In this document: positions 1 to 12,255 of the stretch, one piece after another | Position numbering within the stretch: position 1 is the first letter of the stretch | Layout: each line of letters opens with the position of its first letter | DNA from: Eledone cirrhosa | Lineage: Eukaryota | Direction: 5' to 3' | DNA length: 64,000 bases | Assembly: GCA_964016885.1 (NCBI GenBank) | Contig: OZ024741.1 | Location: 292,330,001 to 292,394,000 of the forward strand | Made by a program: the position numbers and the translations under genes | Notes under the pieces: model-generated | Databases searched by the model: none | Seen by the model: only the letters and a program-made list of their open reading frames with translations | What the model was told of the DNA's origin: nothing

Positions 1-237
1 ACTGGGCGATGTTGTTATATCCTTGAGCAAGACACTTTATTTTGTGTTGCTCTTTCTGCTAGGTGTTTTGACTGGTAGATTGTGTCAACAATGGAAAGAG
101 CAATGGAAACATTGATTTGATTTGACAAGTTGCACTCCAGTCAGTAAGCGAATGAGGCCTGGGATCTTGTTGATACCTTTCCTTATATATTTATTTCATT
201 GAGATATCTCCTTATTCTTGTTAATAAGCATATAGTA

Positions 238-385
238 CACTCTGTAAAGTGGTTGGCATTATGAAGGGAATCCAGCTATGGAAAGCATACCAAAATATGG
301 AACATATGAGCAGGACATAGTTCCTTGACTGTGCCAACCTCTTCAACAATTGCTTGTTTAGAAAGAAGGAACAAAATGATGATGA
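238..385 (+). mobile_element. Degenerate RTE-type 3' tail (LINE end or tail-sharing SINE)
   Basis: CTCTGTAAAGTGGTTGGCATTATGAAGGGAATCCAGCT ... ATGATGATGA matches the RTE 3' UTR at 2990-3160. Confidence 0.6.
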
Positions 386-398
386 GGGTGTTATTTAT

Positions 399-3161
399 CC
401 CTCCCCCATGAAGAATGCACCTCCCAACATAGACTGATAATTAGCGACCTCATAGTCAGGACGAGACGTACTCGACAACAGAAGAGGACTATCCTCAGGA
501 GGAAAATATGGAAGCTAAAGGACCCCACAGCCAGGAATAAATTTCAAAGCATATTACTTGATGCTTTCGACAGTAAGGAAGAACATTTAGAGTCGGACAA
601 TATAGAGGGAGAGTGGGAATTTCTGAAAGCAAACCTGCTGTTGGCGACAGACGAAGTCTGTGGCTGGAGCAGGCCTGTAGGCAGGAGGAGAGTAACATGG
701 TGGTGGAACAGTAAGGTGGAGGGGTCAATTAAGGCCAAAAAGCAGGCTTGGAAAGTATGGCGGGATGGGGGAAGTAGAGAGGACTATCAAGTGGCCAGGA
801 GGGAAGCTAGGAGACAAGTGTACTTAGCAAGAAGGGAAGCTGAGGAAAGAAAGTTCAAGCATGTTCTACAACGCGATGACCAAAAACGTGAGGTGTTCAG
901 GATTGCTAGGCAATGCGTCAAGGAAAACCGTGATATTGTCGGGGAGAAGTGTGTACTAAACGACGATGGCACACTTGCCATCACCGACGCTGATAAGAAG
1001 GTAGCTTGGAAGTGTCACTATGAAAGGCTTCTAAATGAGGAGAATAATTGGGAGAAAGGCAGTCTCCCCCATATCGACCCAATAGAGGGACCAGCAGTGT
1101 TAGTCGAGGGGAGTATAATAAGTAAGGCAATCAAGGATATGAAGACTGGTAAGGCGGCTGGGCCTTCGGAAATAGTTGCTGAGATGCTGAAGGCATCTGG
1201 CACGGTGGGACACACCATGGTCACCCGCATAGTTAACCAAGTCGTACAGAATGGGGTTGTTCCGAAGGACTGGCATAGCAGCATCATCGTTAACTGTTAT
1301 AAGGGTAAAGGAGACGCCCTAGATAGGAGTAACTATAGAGGCATTAAATTAATCGACCAGGTCATGAAGGTCACGGAAAGAGTAATAGCGCAACTAATCA
1401 GAGAGAGAATTGACCTAGATGAAATGCAGTTCGGGTTTGTGTCAGGCAAAAGTACCACAGACGCTCTTTTCATAGTACGACAACTACAGGAGAAGTACCT
1501 AGCTAAAGGTAAACCCCTCTACTTAGCTTTTGTCGACTTGGAGAAAGCCTTCGACAGAGTCCCCCGCTCCATTATCTGGTGGGCTCTTAGAAAACTAGGC
1601 GTTGACGAATGGCTTGTGAGGGCTATACAAGCCATGTATAAAGAAACAGTCAGCAAGGTTAGAATTAACAACGAATATAGTGAAGAGTTTAGCGTAAAAG
1701 TTGGCGTCCATCAGGGCTCTGTTCTCAGTCCACTACTATTTATTATTGCCCTTCAGGCTATAACAGAGGAGTTCAAGACAGGCTGCCCATGGGAACTCCT
1801 ATACGCAGACGACCTGACACTCATAGCGGAATCAATGGCCGAGCTAGAGAAGAAATTCCAAACATGGAAGCACGGCCTAGAGTCAAAAGGACTTAAAATT
1901 AACCTGGCTAAGACCAAAGTGCTAGTTTGTAGCAAAGAAAACAAGGCGGCGGTCCCTTCTGGGAAATGGTCGTGCTCGGTGTGTAGGAAAGGCGTAGGTA
2001 GAAACTCCATTTTATGTCCTAAATGCAAAGTATGGGTGCATAAAAGATGTAGTGGGATCACAGGTAAGCTAACTAAGAACATAGATTTTACATGTGGCCG
2101 GTGCTCTGGTGCAATAAGTAGCAGCAAGTGCCCACAAACTACTAGCTCTTTCAATTGCGCAGAGGGTTCTATAGAAATAGTGGACAGCTTCCGTTACCTG
2201 GGCGATAAAATCAGCAGTGGGGGAGGGTGCTCTGAAAGTACTGTAGCTAGAGTCAGAACTGGTTGGAAAAAGTTCAGAGAGCTTATACCACTATTAGCTG
2301 CTAAAGGGTTCTCACTAAAAATGAAAGGCAGGTTGTACGATGCCTGCATACGAACAGCAATGCTGCATGGCAGTGAGACCTGGGCATTGTGTGCAGAGGA
2401 TATACGCAGACTAGAGAGGAACGAAGCTTGCATGCTCCGCTGGATGTGTAACAGTAATATACGTGAACGGCAAAGCATAAACGAACTAAGGAAAAAATTA
2501 GAGATAAGAGGGATCAGATGTTGTTTACTCGAGAGAAGGCTACGTTGGTATGGACACGTGATGCGCATGAAAGTCGATAGCTGTATAACAAAGTGCAGGG
2601 CAATAAAGATAGACGGTAGTCACGGAATAGGCAGACCTAGAAAAACGTGGGACGAGCTGATAAACTCCGACATCACACACTTACACCTCTCCAAGACAAT
2701 GTCACTGGACCGAGACCTTTGGCGGTACTCAGTAACAGAGAAGACCCGCCTTACCTAAATATATAGTAAAACCTACTCCAGCCAGTAGGCATCTCTAACA
2801 AAATACACCCCGTCCCACCACCCCCACCCCCACCCGATCCACACCACCCCGTTCTATGTAAAGTTATGTTGGTGCCGCGCCTTCGAGGCCGAAACAAATG
2901 AGATCGTGTAGGTGTCACGACAAAAAAACACACAGTCCACGCTGTAATGTGGCCGTGTAGGCAACACGGTAAAAACCTCCCAGACCCACACTGTAAATGT
3001 GGTTGGTGTTAGGAAGGGCATCCAACTGTAGAAAACCTGCCAGACAGTCCTATGCGAGCAAGACAATCACTCTTGCCTCAAGTGGGACTACCCCCGTCCA
3101 AACCCATGCAAGCGTGGAACACGGACGTTAAACGTTGATGATGATGATGATGATGATGATG
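399..3161 (+). mobile_element. RTE-clade LINE, 5'-truncated young copy 1, with (GAT)n tail
   Basis: Frame open 386-2758; begins with the APE endonuclease C-terminus (SQHRLIISDL), then RT motifs; 3' UTR ends CCATGCAAGCGTGGAACACGGACGTTAAACG-(GAT)n. Confidence 0.95.
401..2758 (+). CDS. RTE LINE ORF2 remnant: endonuclease C-terminus + reverse transcriptase + PHD-like Zn finger
   Basis: Motifs NYRGIKL, QFGF, FVDLEKAFDRV, GVHQGSVLSPLLF, LLYADD, FRYLG, RLRWYGHV, GRPRKTW; no stop from 386 to 2758. Confidence 0.93.
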   Translation, partial: LPHEECTSQHRLIISDLIVRTRRTRQQKRTILRRKIWKLKDPTARNKFQSILLDAFDSKEEHLESDNIEGEWEFLKANLLLATDEVCGWSRPVGRRRVTWWWNSKVEGSIKAKKQAWKVWRDGGSREDYQVARREARRQVYLARREAEERKFKHVLQRDDQKREVFRIARQCVKENRDIVGEKCVLNDDGTLAITDADKKVAWKCHYERLLNEENNWEKGSLPHIDPIEGPAVLVEGSIISKAIKDMKTGKAAGPSEIVAEMLKASGTVGHTMVTRIVNQVVQNGVVPKDWHSSIIVNCYKGKGDALDRSNYRGIKLIDQVMKVTERVIAQLIRERIDLDEMQFGFVSGKSTTDALFIVRQLQEKYLAKGKPLYLAFVDLEKAFDRVPRSIIWWALRKLGVDEWLVRAIQAMYKETVSKVRINNEYSEEFSVKVGVHQGSVLSPLLFIIALQAITEEFKTGCPWELLYADDLTLIAESMAELEKKFQTWKHGLESKGLKINLAKTKVLVCSKENKAAVPSGKWSCSVCRKGVGRNSILCPKCKVWVHKRCSGITGKLTKNIDFTCGRCSGAISSSKCPQTTSSFNCAEGSIEIVDSFRYLGDKISSGGGCSESTVARVRTGWKKFRELIPLLAAKGFSLKMKGRLYDACIRTAMLHGSETWALCAEDIRRLERNEACMLRWMCNSNIRERQSINELRKKLEIRGIRCCLLERRLRWYGHVMRMKVDSCITKCRAIKIDGSHGIGRPRKTWDELINSDITHLHLSKTMSLDRDLWRYSVTEKTRLT

Positions 3162-3171
3162 ATATATATGC

Positions 3172-3465
3172 TTGGTTCATTTGTGAGTTCAGTTACCAGA
3201 CCAGGTTGTGTGTTGTGTCCTTGAGGAAGACACTTTATTTCATCTTGCTCCAGTTTGTTCAGCTGTAGAAAAGAGTTGTAACGTTACTGGTGCCAAGCTG
3301 TATTGACCTTTGCCTTTCCCTTGGACAACATTGGTGACATGGAGAGGGGAGACTGGTATGCTTGGGGCACTGCTCGTCTTCCACATAAAACCTTGCCCAC
3401 ACTTTGTGCCCCAGAGGGGAACTTTCTAGGTGCAAAGCCCATGGTCATACAAAAACGAAGGGAGT
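3172..3465 (+). mobile_element. tRNA-derived CORE-like SINE
   Basis: B-box-like GAGTTCAGTTACC then GTGTCCTTGAGGAAGACACTTTATTTCA core; homologous copies at 13473, 20211 and 51800. Confidence 0.75.
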
Positions 3466-3747
3466 TTCCATATCTACTGCTACAATCTTGGTTGAAGTAA
3501 CTGGAGAAGCAATACTCAATGGATGAGTAGAATGATGTTTATTTTACTACAACTATGAAGACATACCAGAGAAACAAGAACCTGGATTTTCATACAGTAT
3601 TTAGTTCTGACTCTTTATATAAGAATTCAAACTCCAGGGTCAATAAAGTAAAGTACCAGTCATGTACTGGGATTGATTTATTTGGTTAAACCCTGCACCC
3701 AAACTGCTGGTCTTATGCCTAAATTAGAAACCATTATTATTAATATA

Positions 3748-3940
3748 GGCAGTGGATTGGCAGTATCGGTAGAGGGTGGGACGCCATGCTTTCCAGCATA
3801 GTTACGTCCCTTTATGATCTGAGTTCAAATCCCGCCGAGGTTGACTTTGCCTTTCATCCTTTCGGGGTCGATAAAATAAAGTACCAGTAATGCACTGGGT
3901 GATTGCTGGCCTTGTGCCAAAAGTAGAAACAATTATTATT
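3748..3940 (+). mobile_element. tRNA-derived SINE with Meta/MESC-type central domain
   Basis: A/B boxes (TGGCAGTATCGG, GAGTTCAAATCC), central GCCTTTCATCCTTTCGGGGTCGATAAAATAAAGTACCAGT, tail GTAGAAAC(AAT)n; at least 7 copies in window. Confidence 0.85.
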
Positions 3941-4814
3941 AATATTGTTTCTGTTTTTCCACTTCCTTCAGTTTTGTTTCCATTTCTTGCTGATACCTAG
4001 GGCAGAAAAACTCACAGCATACATTGATAAGCCACAATAATAAACAATTCCAACAATTTTTATCCTAGTATGATGGATTTTTTTATTTACTCCCCAAAAA
4101 CAGGAAAGACAAAGTTTATGTCGGAAGGATTTGAACTCAGAGTGCAGAAATAACAGATCAACATTTTAGTTTGAAAGGTACTCATAAATCAAAACTTCAA
4201 CAACAAGACTTCACCCATGCTTCAAAGTAATGTTATAAGTTGTAAAGGTGGGGGACTCTTCAAATACAGTGTAAAGTCAAGGAAGTTGAGGACTGTAAAG
4301 ATCTATACTGAAAATATGATGCATAGCAGAATTGGTAGAAATAACTTGCTGGATTGTGTTATATGTTCTGAGTTCAAATTTTGCCAAAGCTAATTTCATA
4401 TTTTATCCTTCTTTATGGGGCCTCAATTACACATTGGAGTTAGGAAGGAGAGCATCCTTAAATAAGAAATATAGCCCAAACACTTACAACAAAGTGAACT
4501 CATTTAAAGGCTACCATGGGTCAGGTGTCAGTGTTAAACTAGGCAACAGATTAAATCTACTACCCAAATAAACCACAGTGTGATTTGAAGTCAGAACTTA
4601 AAGAATCAGAATGAATACTGCAAAGGAATCCTATCTGGTGTTTTAATGACACTGCCAGTCTCATGTCTTTCCAATTCTCTATTGCCTCTGCTTGTAAATG
4701 GTGGCTTCAATAGAAAAGGAGTAATAATAATAATAATAATGTTGTTGACTGCTGCCTAACTGAAATATCTAGGTTGTTTAACATCCAAGTGTCTGAAATT
4801 TACAAAAATGAATC

Positions 4815-4853
<39 letters not shown>

Positions 4854-6284
4854 GACAATTTGCAAGAAATGGAAACAAAACTGAAGGAAGTGAAAAAACA
4901 GAAACAATAATAATAATAATAAACAGGCTTCTTTCAAAAATCTAATTATGCACCACAAATCAGTAATTTACAAAGAATTTTTTTAAAATTAATCTGCGAG
5001 AAAATTGTGTTATTTGTTGTATGGTAGTCAAATTGTGGCACCTCACCTCTAGATAATATTTCATGCAGAAATTCTTAAGGATATTTTTCACACAAATCCA
5101 TTTAATAATCTAGTTTACTGTGTAATATGGCATTGGTTGCAATATTTTCTGTTTTGCTTTTCCTAAGAGAAGCACTAGGAATAACTGATAGCTAGGAAAA
5201 ACTGAAGATCTAGAAATGTTGTTAGTCTGATATAAATAAGGAATCTCCATCACTTTCAAAGATGAGTGTTGCAGTTGTTTGGTCAACATAATAGCCTACT
5301 CTTTAAATTAATGTTTAATTAATTGAGTATTTTAAAGACATGCATGTTTAACAAAATTCTTAGAGGGGGGATTCAGCATGTCCACAGTGCAAGTCCCTAA
5401 AAAAAGTGTTTCGAGCCCTGAGGCTCATCAAGCTGGTGCTTTTTCTGGTTTCCTTGGTGTGAAGCAACTGAGAGTACAATACTCCTCCCTGGATAGTATG
5501 ACAGTCAATCACAGGGTTAAAGCCCCAGCTATTGCTGCTATCCATTTTCAGCTGAGTAATGTGTATGGGATATTTATGTATTAAAATGTTCAAACTATAA
5601 AGATTTGTTGGAAATATTTTCAAGGGAATGCATAAATAACACCAATGATAATGTTAAAAAACAGTGTTTCATTGTAAAATAATCTTTCCAGATATTTTAG
5701 CACATTATTTATGTAGAATTTTATGCTGGTGTAAATCGGTAAAATATTGACCTCGAATATAACCTAACCTCACTTTTCCATCAATTTTTTTATCACATAT
5801 TTCATAGCTTATATCCGGGTATATATGATAATTGGTTCTCTGGTTTACCATCACCTGGTTTTGGGGTTACTTTAATGAAGTTCACTCTATTGCAAACATT
5901 TGAGCCAAGTTTCTAGTTTGAGGAGAGTTTCTTTCCTTCAGGCATTATGCCTGGCAGATAGTATCAGCTGTTGAAAGACCAGTTCCTTTGCTTGATCAAT
6001 TCCATTCTTTTTTCTTCCTTCATTTTCCTGCCATTCCATTCCTGACTTACCTCAATCAGCACAACCCATCCAAGCCATGCTAGCATGGAAAATGGCTGTT
6101 AAATGATGATGGATGATGATGATATATATATATATAGAAGTAGTAACACAACAGTTAGTTCACCATACCGAGAACAATTGTTTCACCTCAGCAGATCTTC
6201 AGCTCGGACTCAGAGTAGTGAACAAACAAACAGACAAACAAACAAACAGACAGGAATACAACTTTAGATATATAGATATACATA

Positions 6285-6349
6285 CTGAAGTAAAAGTTGG
6301 TGGAAATATCCATAGGACGAGTTTAGTATAACCCAACGAAACTTGAGTA
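6285..6349 (+). ncRNA. Degenerate minimal hammerhead ribozyme motif
   Basis: CTGAAGT (one change from CTGANGA), stem II GTTGG/CCAAC, GAAA-CTTGAG-TA; stem I not evident. Confidence 0.35.
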
Positions 6350-6619
6350 CCTGTTTATGTCACTGTTGTAATTATTTATATATATATACATATGCATATA
6401 CATATATATATATACAAATTAAAATGAAGAATTAGAAATAGGAGCCAGGACTATCCATTATCAGTGGTCTACTAGCCATCATAGGTATTTCTTCGCATTA
6501 AAGACCAGATACCTCAGGCTAGCGCGAACATAACTAAAATAAGTTATTGGGAAAAAAAGAAGTGGGTGGAGAAAGAGAGACAGGTAAACAAACACGATAT
6601 ATACATATATATATATATA

Positions 6620-7555
6620 CTAGTAGTGGTACCCAGCTTTGCACGGGATAAGGTATTTTGGAACGCAGGACACCAACAGACCTAATCGTGGAAGAACTGT
6701 ATGCCTGGACAATATGTAAATAAAATAAAATGAATACTGTGATGGCTGGATAATCTTTAAGATTTTCCTCGATGAAGCAGGAAAAATACAGGTTTTCACC
6801 AAATGCAGGCACTAGGGGATCAAGAAAATGAATTTTTTTAATGTGCATAATATGCCTTTAAATTTCGGGAAAATCGGCTAGACGTAACGCCTCCAAAAAG
6901 CCTTAAGAAGCTGAAAAAAATGAAGTTTTTCACTTAATGCGGACCCTTGGCCATAAGAAAGTTGGATTTTCTTTGCTTACGGTATGAAGAAGAGACTGAC
7001 TAATACATAGTTACAATAGCAAAGAAATCGGTCGGACGTAACGCCTCAAAAAACCCCTAAAAATCTTTAAAAACGCAGTTTTTCACAAAATGCGGGCCCT
7101 AGAAGATAAAAAAAGTGGAATTTTCTTATGTGCATAAAACTACCTGAAACATAAGTAACACACATGTAAAGTTTGAAAAAAATCGGTTAGGCACTTCTTG
7201 AGTTTTAGGGATTCAAACTCTCACACACACACACACACACACAGACAGACATTTTCAGGGAGGTGACGTAATGCAGACAGCCAGACATGCAGACAGATAT
7301 TATAAGGGCGCGACGTTATATGTATGTATCTATCTAAAAAGAGAAAGACTAAGAATTATAGAGCGAGATCGCTAAATCGCATAATGCGGTCCCTAGGGCA
7401 TAGACATTTTAAACATTATTTTTGCTCAGAACACTCCCTGAAACATAAGTATTACGTGTGTAAAGTTTGAAAACAGTTGGTTTGGTGGTTCTCAAGTTTT
7501 AGGGATTTGAACTCACACACACACAGACAGACATCCTCAGTTTTATATATATAGA
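6620..7555 (-). mobile_element. Non-autonomous Helitron
   Basis: Minus strand starts TCTATATATATAAAACTGAGGATGTCTGTCTG and ends with hairpin CCCGTGC-AAA-GCTGGG followed by CTAG; internal imperfect tandem repeats. Confidence 0.7.
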
Positions 7556-8309
7556 CTAGCAGAAAACCACCCGGTGGGCGGTTTTCTGCTAGCAAATCTA
7601 GTGTATATACTGATATTGTTAAGATTTGGATGAGAAATGTTTTCGGCACCACATGTTCACCGTCTCTCGGTGTGTCTTTTATGCATGTATAAATATATAT
7701 GTTATCTATACGGTGAAATCTTTGAAATAAATATATGTTAAAACGAAAAAAGAGAAAAAGAGATTAGTGACGGAAATATAAACGTTATGATACATAAACG
7801 TTATGATATAACGATGGAAATATATAAACGTTTACGATAAAACGATGGAAATAGAAACGTTCATATATAATGATAAGCCGAAACACTCGGAAGCCGAAAC
7901 ACTCGTAAAGCGAAACGTATAAATAAAGATTAATGTAATGAATTTGAAAAGCATAGAGATTTGAAACCGCGTCTATTTGTTTCCTTGGCATTTTTTACAG
8001 ACGGACAGACAGACAAACAAACAGAGAAATACCCATTATATATTATAAGTAGACTTGGCATGGTGTCAAGTCAGAACCGCCTCGAACTGGTTACTTCTGG
8101 CTTGTGCAAGGTGTCTCTATAGCAACCAGCGATTCCCTCGGCCTCAGTGACCAAAGTCAGTGGAGAAGGGAAGGTAATGTTTCTATAGCGACAGTGTTTC
8201 TCTTGGTAGTACCAAAGTGGAGAAAGGAAGGAGAAGGTAATATTTCTGTAGCACCTACATTTGAGTTTTAGGGAAGGACAGACAGACAGACAGACAGAGA
8301 AATGCCCAT

Positions 8310-8316
8310 ATATTTC

Positions 8317-8347
<31 letters not shown>

Positions 8348-8375
8348 TACACACACAGAAATGTATATATATTTC

Positions 8376-8420
<45 letters not shown>

Positions 8421-8496
8421 CACACACAGAAATGTATATATATTTCTGTGTGTATATATATATATATTACACACACAGAAATGTATATATATTTCT
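8310..8496. repeat. Tandem minisatellite of palindromic units
   Basis: About 3.5 units of ACACACAGAAAT-GTATATAT-ATTTCTGTGTGT separated by (TA)n. Confidence 0.85.
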
Positions 8497-8614
8497 TAGA
8501 ACAAAATTATTATTAATGTTTTGCTGTTCATAACAATTGGAATTGAAAAATTACTTTTGAAATTATTAGTTATTTTACTAATGCTTAGATATGTAAAAAT
8601 GAAGCAATGTTTCT

Positions 8615-8806
8615 AATAATTGTTTCTACTTTTGGCACAAGGCCAGCAATTACTCAGTACATTACTGGTACTTTATTTTATCGACCCCGTGAGGATGAAA
8701 GGCAAAGTTAACCTCGGCGGTATTTGAACTCAGACCGTAAAGAGACGTAACTCCATGCTATGAAGCATGGTGTCCGACTCTCTACAGATTCTGCCAATCC
8801 ACCGCC
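8615..8806 (-). mobile_element. Meta-type SINE
   Basis: Reverse-complement homologue of 3748-3940. Confidence 0.85.
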
Positions 8807-9084
8807 CTAATGTCTGTATGTAATGAGGGAGTGAGAGGGGAGAGAAAGAAAAGCAGAGGTGAAGTGACGAAGTGACTCTCTCCTCCTCCATCTCCCCATT
8901 CGTCACAGCAATAGAGGGGAGGAATGTTAGTGTGTTACAAAGAGAAAGAGTGAGAGTGAGAGAAACAGACAGACTAAAAGAGTGGGATAGCTGGAGAGAG
9001 AGAGAGATAGCAACCACGCGCGCACGTGTTTCCACTGTCAGACAGACAGACAGAGAAATTGCTGGTTATATATTATAAGGAGAT

Positions 9085-9350
9085 CATCTTCATTTAACGG
9101 CTATTTTCCATGCTAGCATGGGTTAGATGGGTTGTGGTGATTGAGGCAAGTTGGATCAGGTGACTTTGTCTTGCTCATACAGAACTGTTTCTGGTCTGGT
9201 TTCCATGGCTGGATTTCCCCCTTAACGCCAACCACATTTACAGTGTGTGCTGGGTGCTTTTGTCATGAGACCTACATAACCACTTTACAGTGTGGGCTGG
9301 GAACTTTTTGTTGTGACACCTACACAACCACCTTACAGTGTGGGCTGGGT
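9085..9350 (-). mobile_element. RTE-type 3' UTR fragment
   Basis: CATTTAACGGCTATTTTCCATGCTAGCATGG tail and repeated CAGTGTGGGCTGGG subunits as in the RTE UTR. Confidence 0.65.
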
Positions 9351-9367
9351 GTGTATATATATATATA

Positions 9368-10346
9368 CGGGATGTAGTGGGATCTCAGGAAGCTTAGTTA
9401 AGAATGTAAGCTTTACATGTAGCAGCTGCATCGGGACAGTAAGCAGCAAACGACCACAGGAAACAAGCACTATCAAACTCTGAGACGGCTCTGTAAAAAC
9501 AGTAGACAGCTTCTGCTACCTAGGTGACAAATTAGCAGCGGAGGTTGGTGTTCTGAAAGTACAGTAACCAGGGTAAGAACGGAATGGAAGAAGTTCAGGG
9601 AGCTACTACCACTGCTAGCTGCAAAAGTCTTTTCCCTCAAAATGAAAGGCAGACTGTATGATGCGTGCATACGAACAGCAACATTACATGGTAGTGAGAC
9701 CTGGGCGCTGTGTTTAGATGACTTGCGTAGATTAGAAAGAAACGAAGCCTGCATACTCTGATGGATGTGTAATAGTAATATATGTGAATGGCAAAGCATA
9801 AACGAGCTGAGAGAGAGACTGAACATAAGAGGAATCAAATGCTTTGTGCAGGAGAGAACGATGCGTTGGTATGGACATGTGATGCGTATGAAGGATGACA
9901 GCTGCTTAAAAAAGGTGCAGAACACTAAAAGTTGATGAAAACCATGGAGTGAGGAGACCCAAGAAGACCTGGAATGAGGTGATAAAAGCGGACCTTGCCC
10001 AATTACACCTCTCAAGGGCGATGACACAGGACAGTGACCTCTGGCGTCACGCAGTAATACAGAAGACCCGACTTCCCATGGGAACAAGCCAAAGCTAAAG
10101 CATATAGAAAAGATGCCTCATCCCCTCACTGCAAAGTGGTCGTAGAGGTGTCACGACAAAAAAGCACCCAGCCCGCACTCTAAATGAGGTTGGTGTTAGA
10201 AAGGGCATCCAGCTGTAGAAATCAAGCCAAAATCAGTTCCCGTATGAGCAAGACAAGGTCACCGAACCTAACATTGCCCACAACAGGACAGCCTATCTAA
10301 ACCATGCTAGCGTGGAAGAATGGACGTAAAACGGTGATGATGATGA
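9368..10346 (+). mobile_element. Older RTE LINE 3' fragment (stops and frameshifts)
   Basis: Diverged homologue of 2046-3160 (CSGISG, GSETW, RWYGHV) with (GAT)n tail. Confidence 0.9.
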
Positions 10347-11149
10347 TATAATTTGATTAAAAAAATCATCAAACTAAAACTTAGTATTCTTCATCAACCA
10401 ACTGGGTAAAATTTTCCATTATTTATTTACTACCAAACTACCTGAAACTGACCCTGGTTCTCTGATACAAAGCTGTTTATTTTAAAGTATTTATATTTAT
10501 TTAAAAAGCTTCCATGATAATTTTGTGTGAGGACCTTTGTTATGTTATGTTCCAAACACCAACTTATTTATGAGAATGTAAGCTATCTTATTAAATTCTT
10601 AATATTCTTGATCATTTTCAAAATGATTTGTAAATCATAAGCCATGTCTTTTATTATATATATAGTTTCAAACAGGTGAAAGCCCACAATGAGATAAGGT
10701 ATATGGTCGATGTGTATGTGATAATAATTTCTTGTTAAATTATATTGAAAATAGGACATTTTTAATACTTAAATGGACAAAATTACTTTCAGTGAGTGAT
10801 GTCAGTTAATTTTAAATAATTACAATTCATTTAATTATAATCAAAAGTTTATTGAAAGAATGTAATTAACATTTCCAGTTCTTTATGAGCATTTACAGTC
10901 TGTCTGTATGCCCCCCCCCCCCCACACACCTCCCACCTCTCTCTCTCTGTATATATATATACATTCTATATGCATGTAAGTTATAAATATATATATAACC
11001 CATGCTAGTGTGGAAGCTGGACGTTAAACAAAGATGATGATGATGATGATATATATATATATTGAGTATATGTTGGTTGTTTACTGACACCTCAGTATAC
11101 AGATTGGAACACTCGACGAAGTACGCGAGTTGGTTTGTTTACTCCGGAG

Positions 11150-11432
11150 TAATGTAAAGTAATTAAATCAAATAGGTAAAATTTCGCTTTGTTTATTATA
11201 AATTATAGATATACTGCTATATATATTACGGTGACAGCCATCATTGGCTGTGACCTCTTCAGGCAGTCCGAATTGGTGTGGTAGAGACAGGTACACGTGT
11301 TGTTGAAGTGTGTTTTACTCCGTCAATACTCCGATATGTCCAGCTCCTGGTTGTGTTGTTATTTCTCTGAGGAACTGGAATTTATAATAAATGAAGCCAA
11401 ATTTTACCTATTTGACTTAATTATTTTACATA
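11150..11432. repeat. Fold-back cassette with ~55-bp inverted arms and a degenerate HHR (minus strand, 11226-11262)
   Basis: ATGTAAAGTAATTAAATCAAATAGGTAAAATTT mirrored at 11380-11431; minus strand CTGAAGA-GGTCACAGCC-AATGAT-GGCTGTCACC-GTAA. Confidence 0.65.
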
Positions 11433-11694
11433 TATATATATATATACAACCCTCATGGTAAATAAAGAAACATATATATATACATACAACCCTCATGGTT
11501 AATAAGGAAAATATATATATATATGTGTGTGTATGTGTGGGTGTGTTGTGTGTGTGTATATATATAAATATATATACATATACATAAATACACCTCTCTC
11601 TCTATATATATATATATATATACATAGGCACACACACAATTGTATGTTTATTTATATGAACAAGGTTTACAGATGCAAATTATATAAATGGGTG

Positions 11695-12255
11695 TGGGCA
11701 TGTGGACGATGTGGGGTGATGCACTCCAGAAGTGTCTCAGTTGAAATGATTTGTGGCATATGGCACCTCTTAGAACCAGTTTTATTCTCAGATCTTTCTA
11801 AATCTGAACCTAGTAAAGTGGTAACCCTGAGTGCCCACTCTACCAGGGTAGACAGTGGAACATATTCTGAGCTCATGTAGAGTAGCACCAGCCTAAGGAA
11901 TATACACCTGGAGGCACAGTTAAGTGCTTAAGAAGAGTATACATGTGATAAGTACTGCCAAAGGGAAACCCATAGTACCCAGTCTTTAACAACATTCTAT
12001 ATGGCTGGAGGCACTAAATTAGGAGCAGGACCAGCTATGCCATAAATGGCATGAGAGTGGAGTCTTCTGGGTGGTACAGATGACTGGGAGTGCACAGCAG
12101 ACCTCCCAGGATCAGCAAAACAACCAGTATTCATCAGGCAGAGTGGCTTGAGGCTGGATATCTTACTTCATTGCAGTTCATCAAAACAGTTGTTTTTGAT
12201 TGAGCTCGCTTTACTATTTGAAGATAGAATAGAAAAAGCACCTGTGTTCAAGACC
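11695..12255 (+). pseudogene. HERO/NeSL-like non-LTR retrotransposon C-terminus (zinc knuckle + restriction-like endonuclease), decayed
   Basis: Manual translation: WTMW...DLWHMAPLRTSFILRS; ECPL..VEHILSSC..YTWRH; DDWECTADLP...GLRLDILL..SSKQLFLIEL..FEDRIEKA. Confidence 0.8.

Larger units (their letters stand above)
7556..9083 (-). mobile_element. Further head-to-tail non-autonomous Helitron units
   Basis: CTAG end with 37-bp hairpin at 7556-7592; TC-type 5' ends followed by (TCTG)n at 8053 and 9083, related (CAGA)n end near 8310. Confidence 0.5.

Noticed and set aside
538-560. Identical 5' truncation point in RTE copies 1 and 3
   Set aside because: Copy 1 continues in frame upstream to about 399 (SQHRL motif).
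1753-2568. Antisense ORFs over the RTE, Tx1 and PLE coding regions
   Set aside because: They are shadows of the sense ORFs and recur only because the elements are repeated.
3748-3835. tRNA genes
   Set aside because: A/B boxes run straight into SINE bodies present in many copies, and there is no full cloverleaf.
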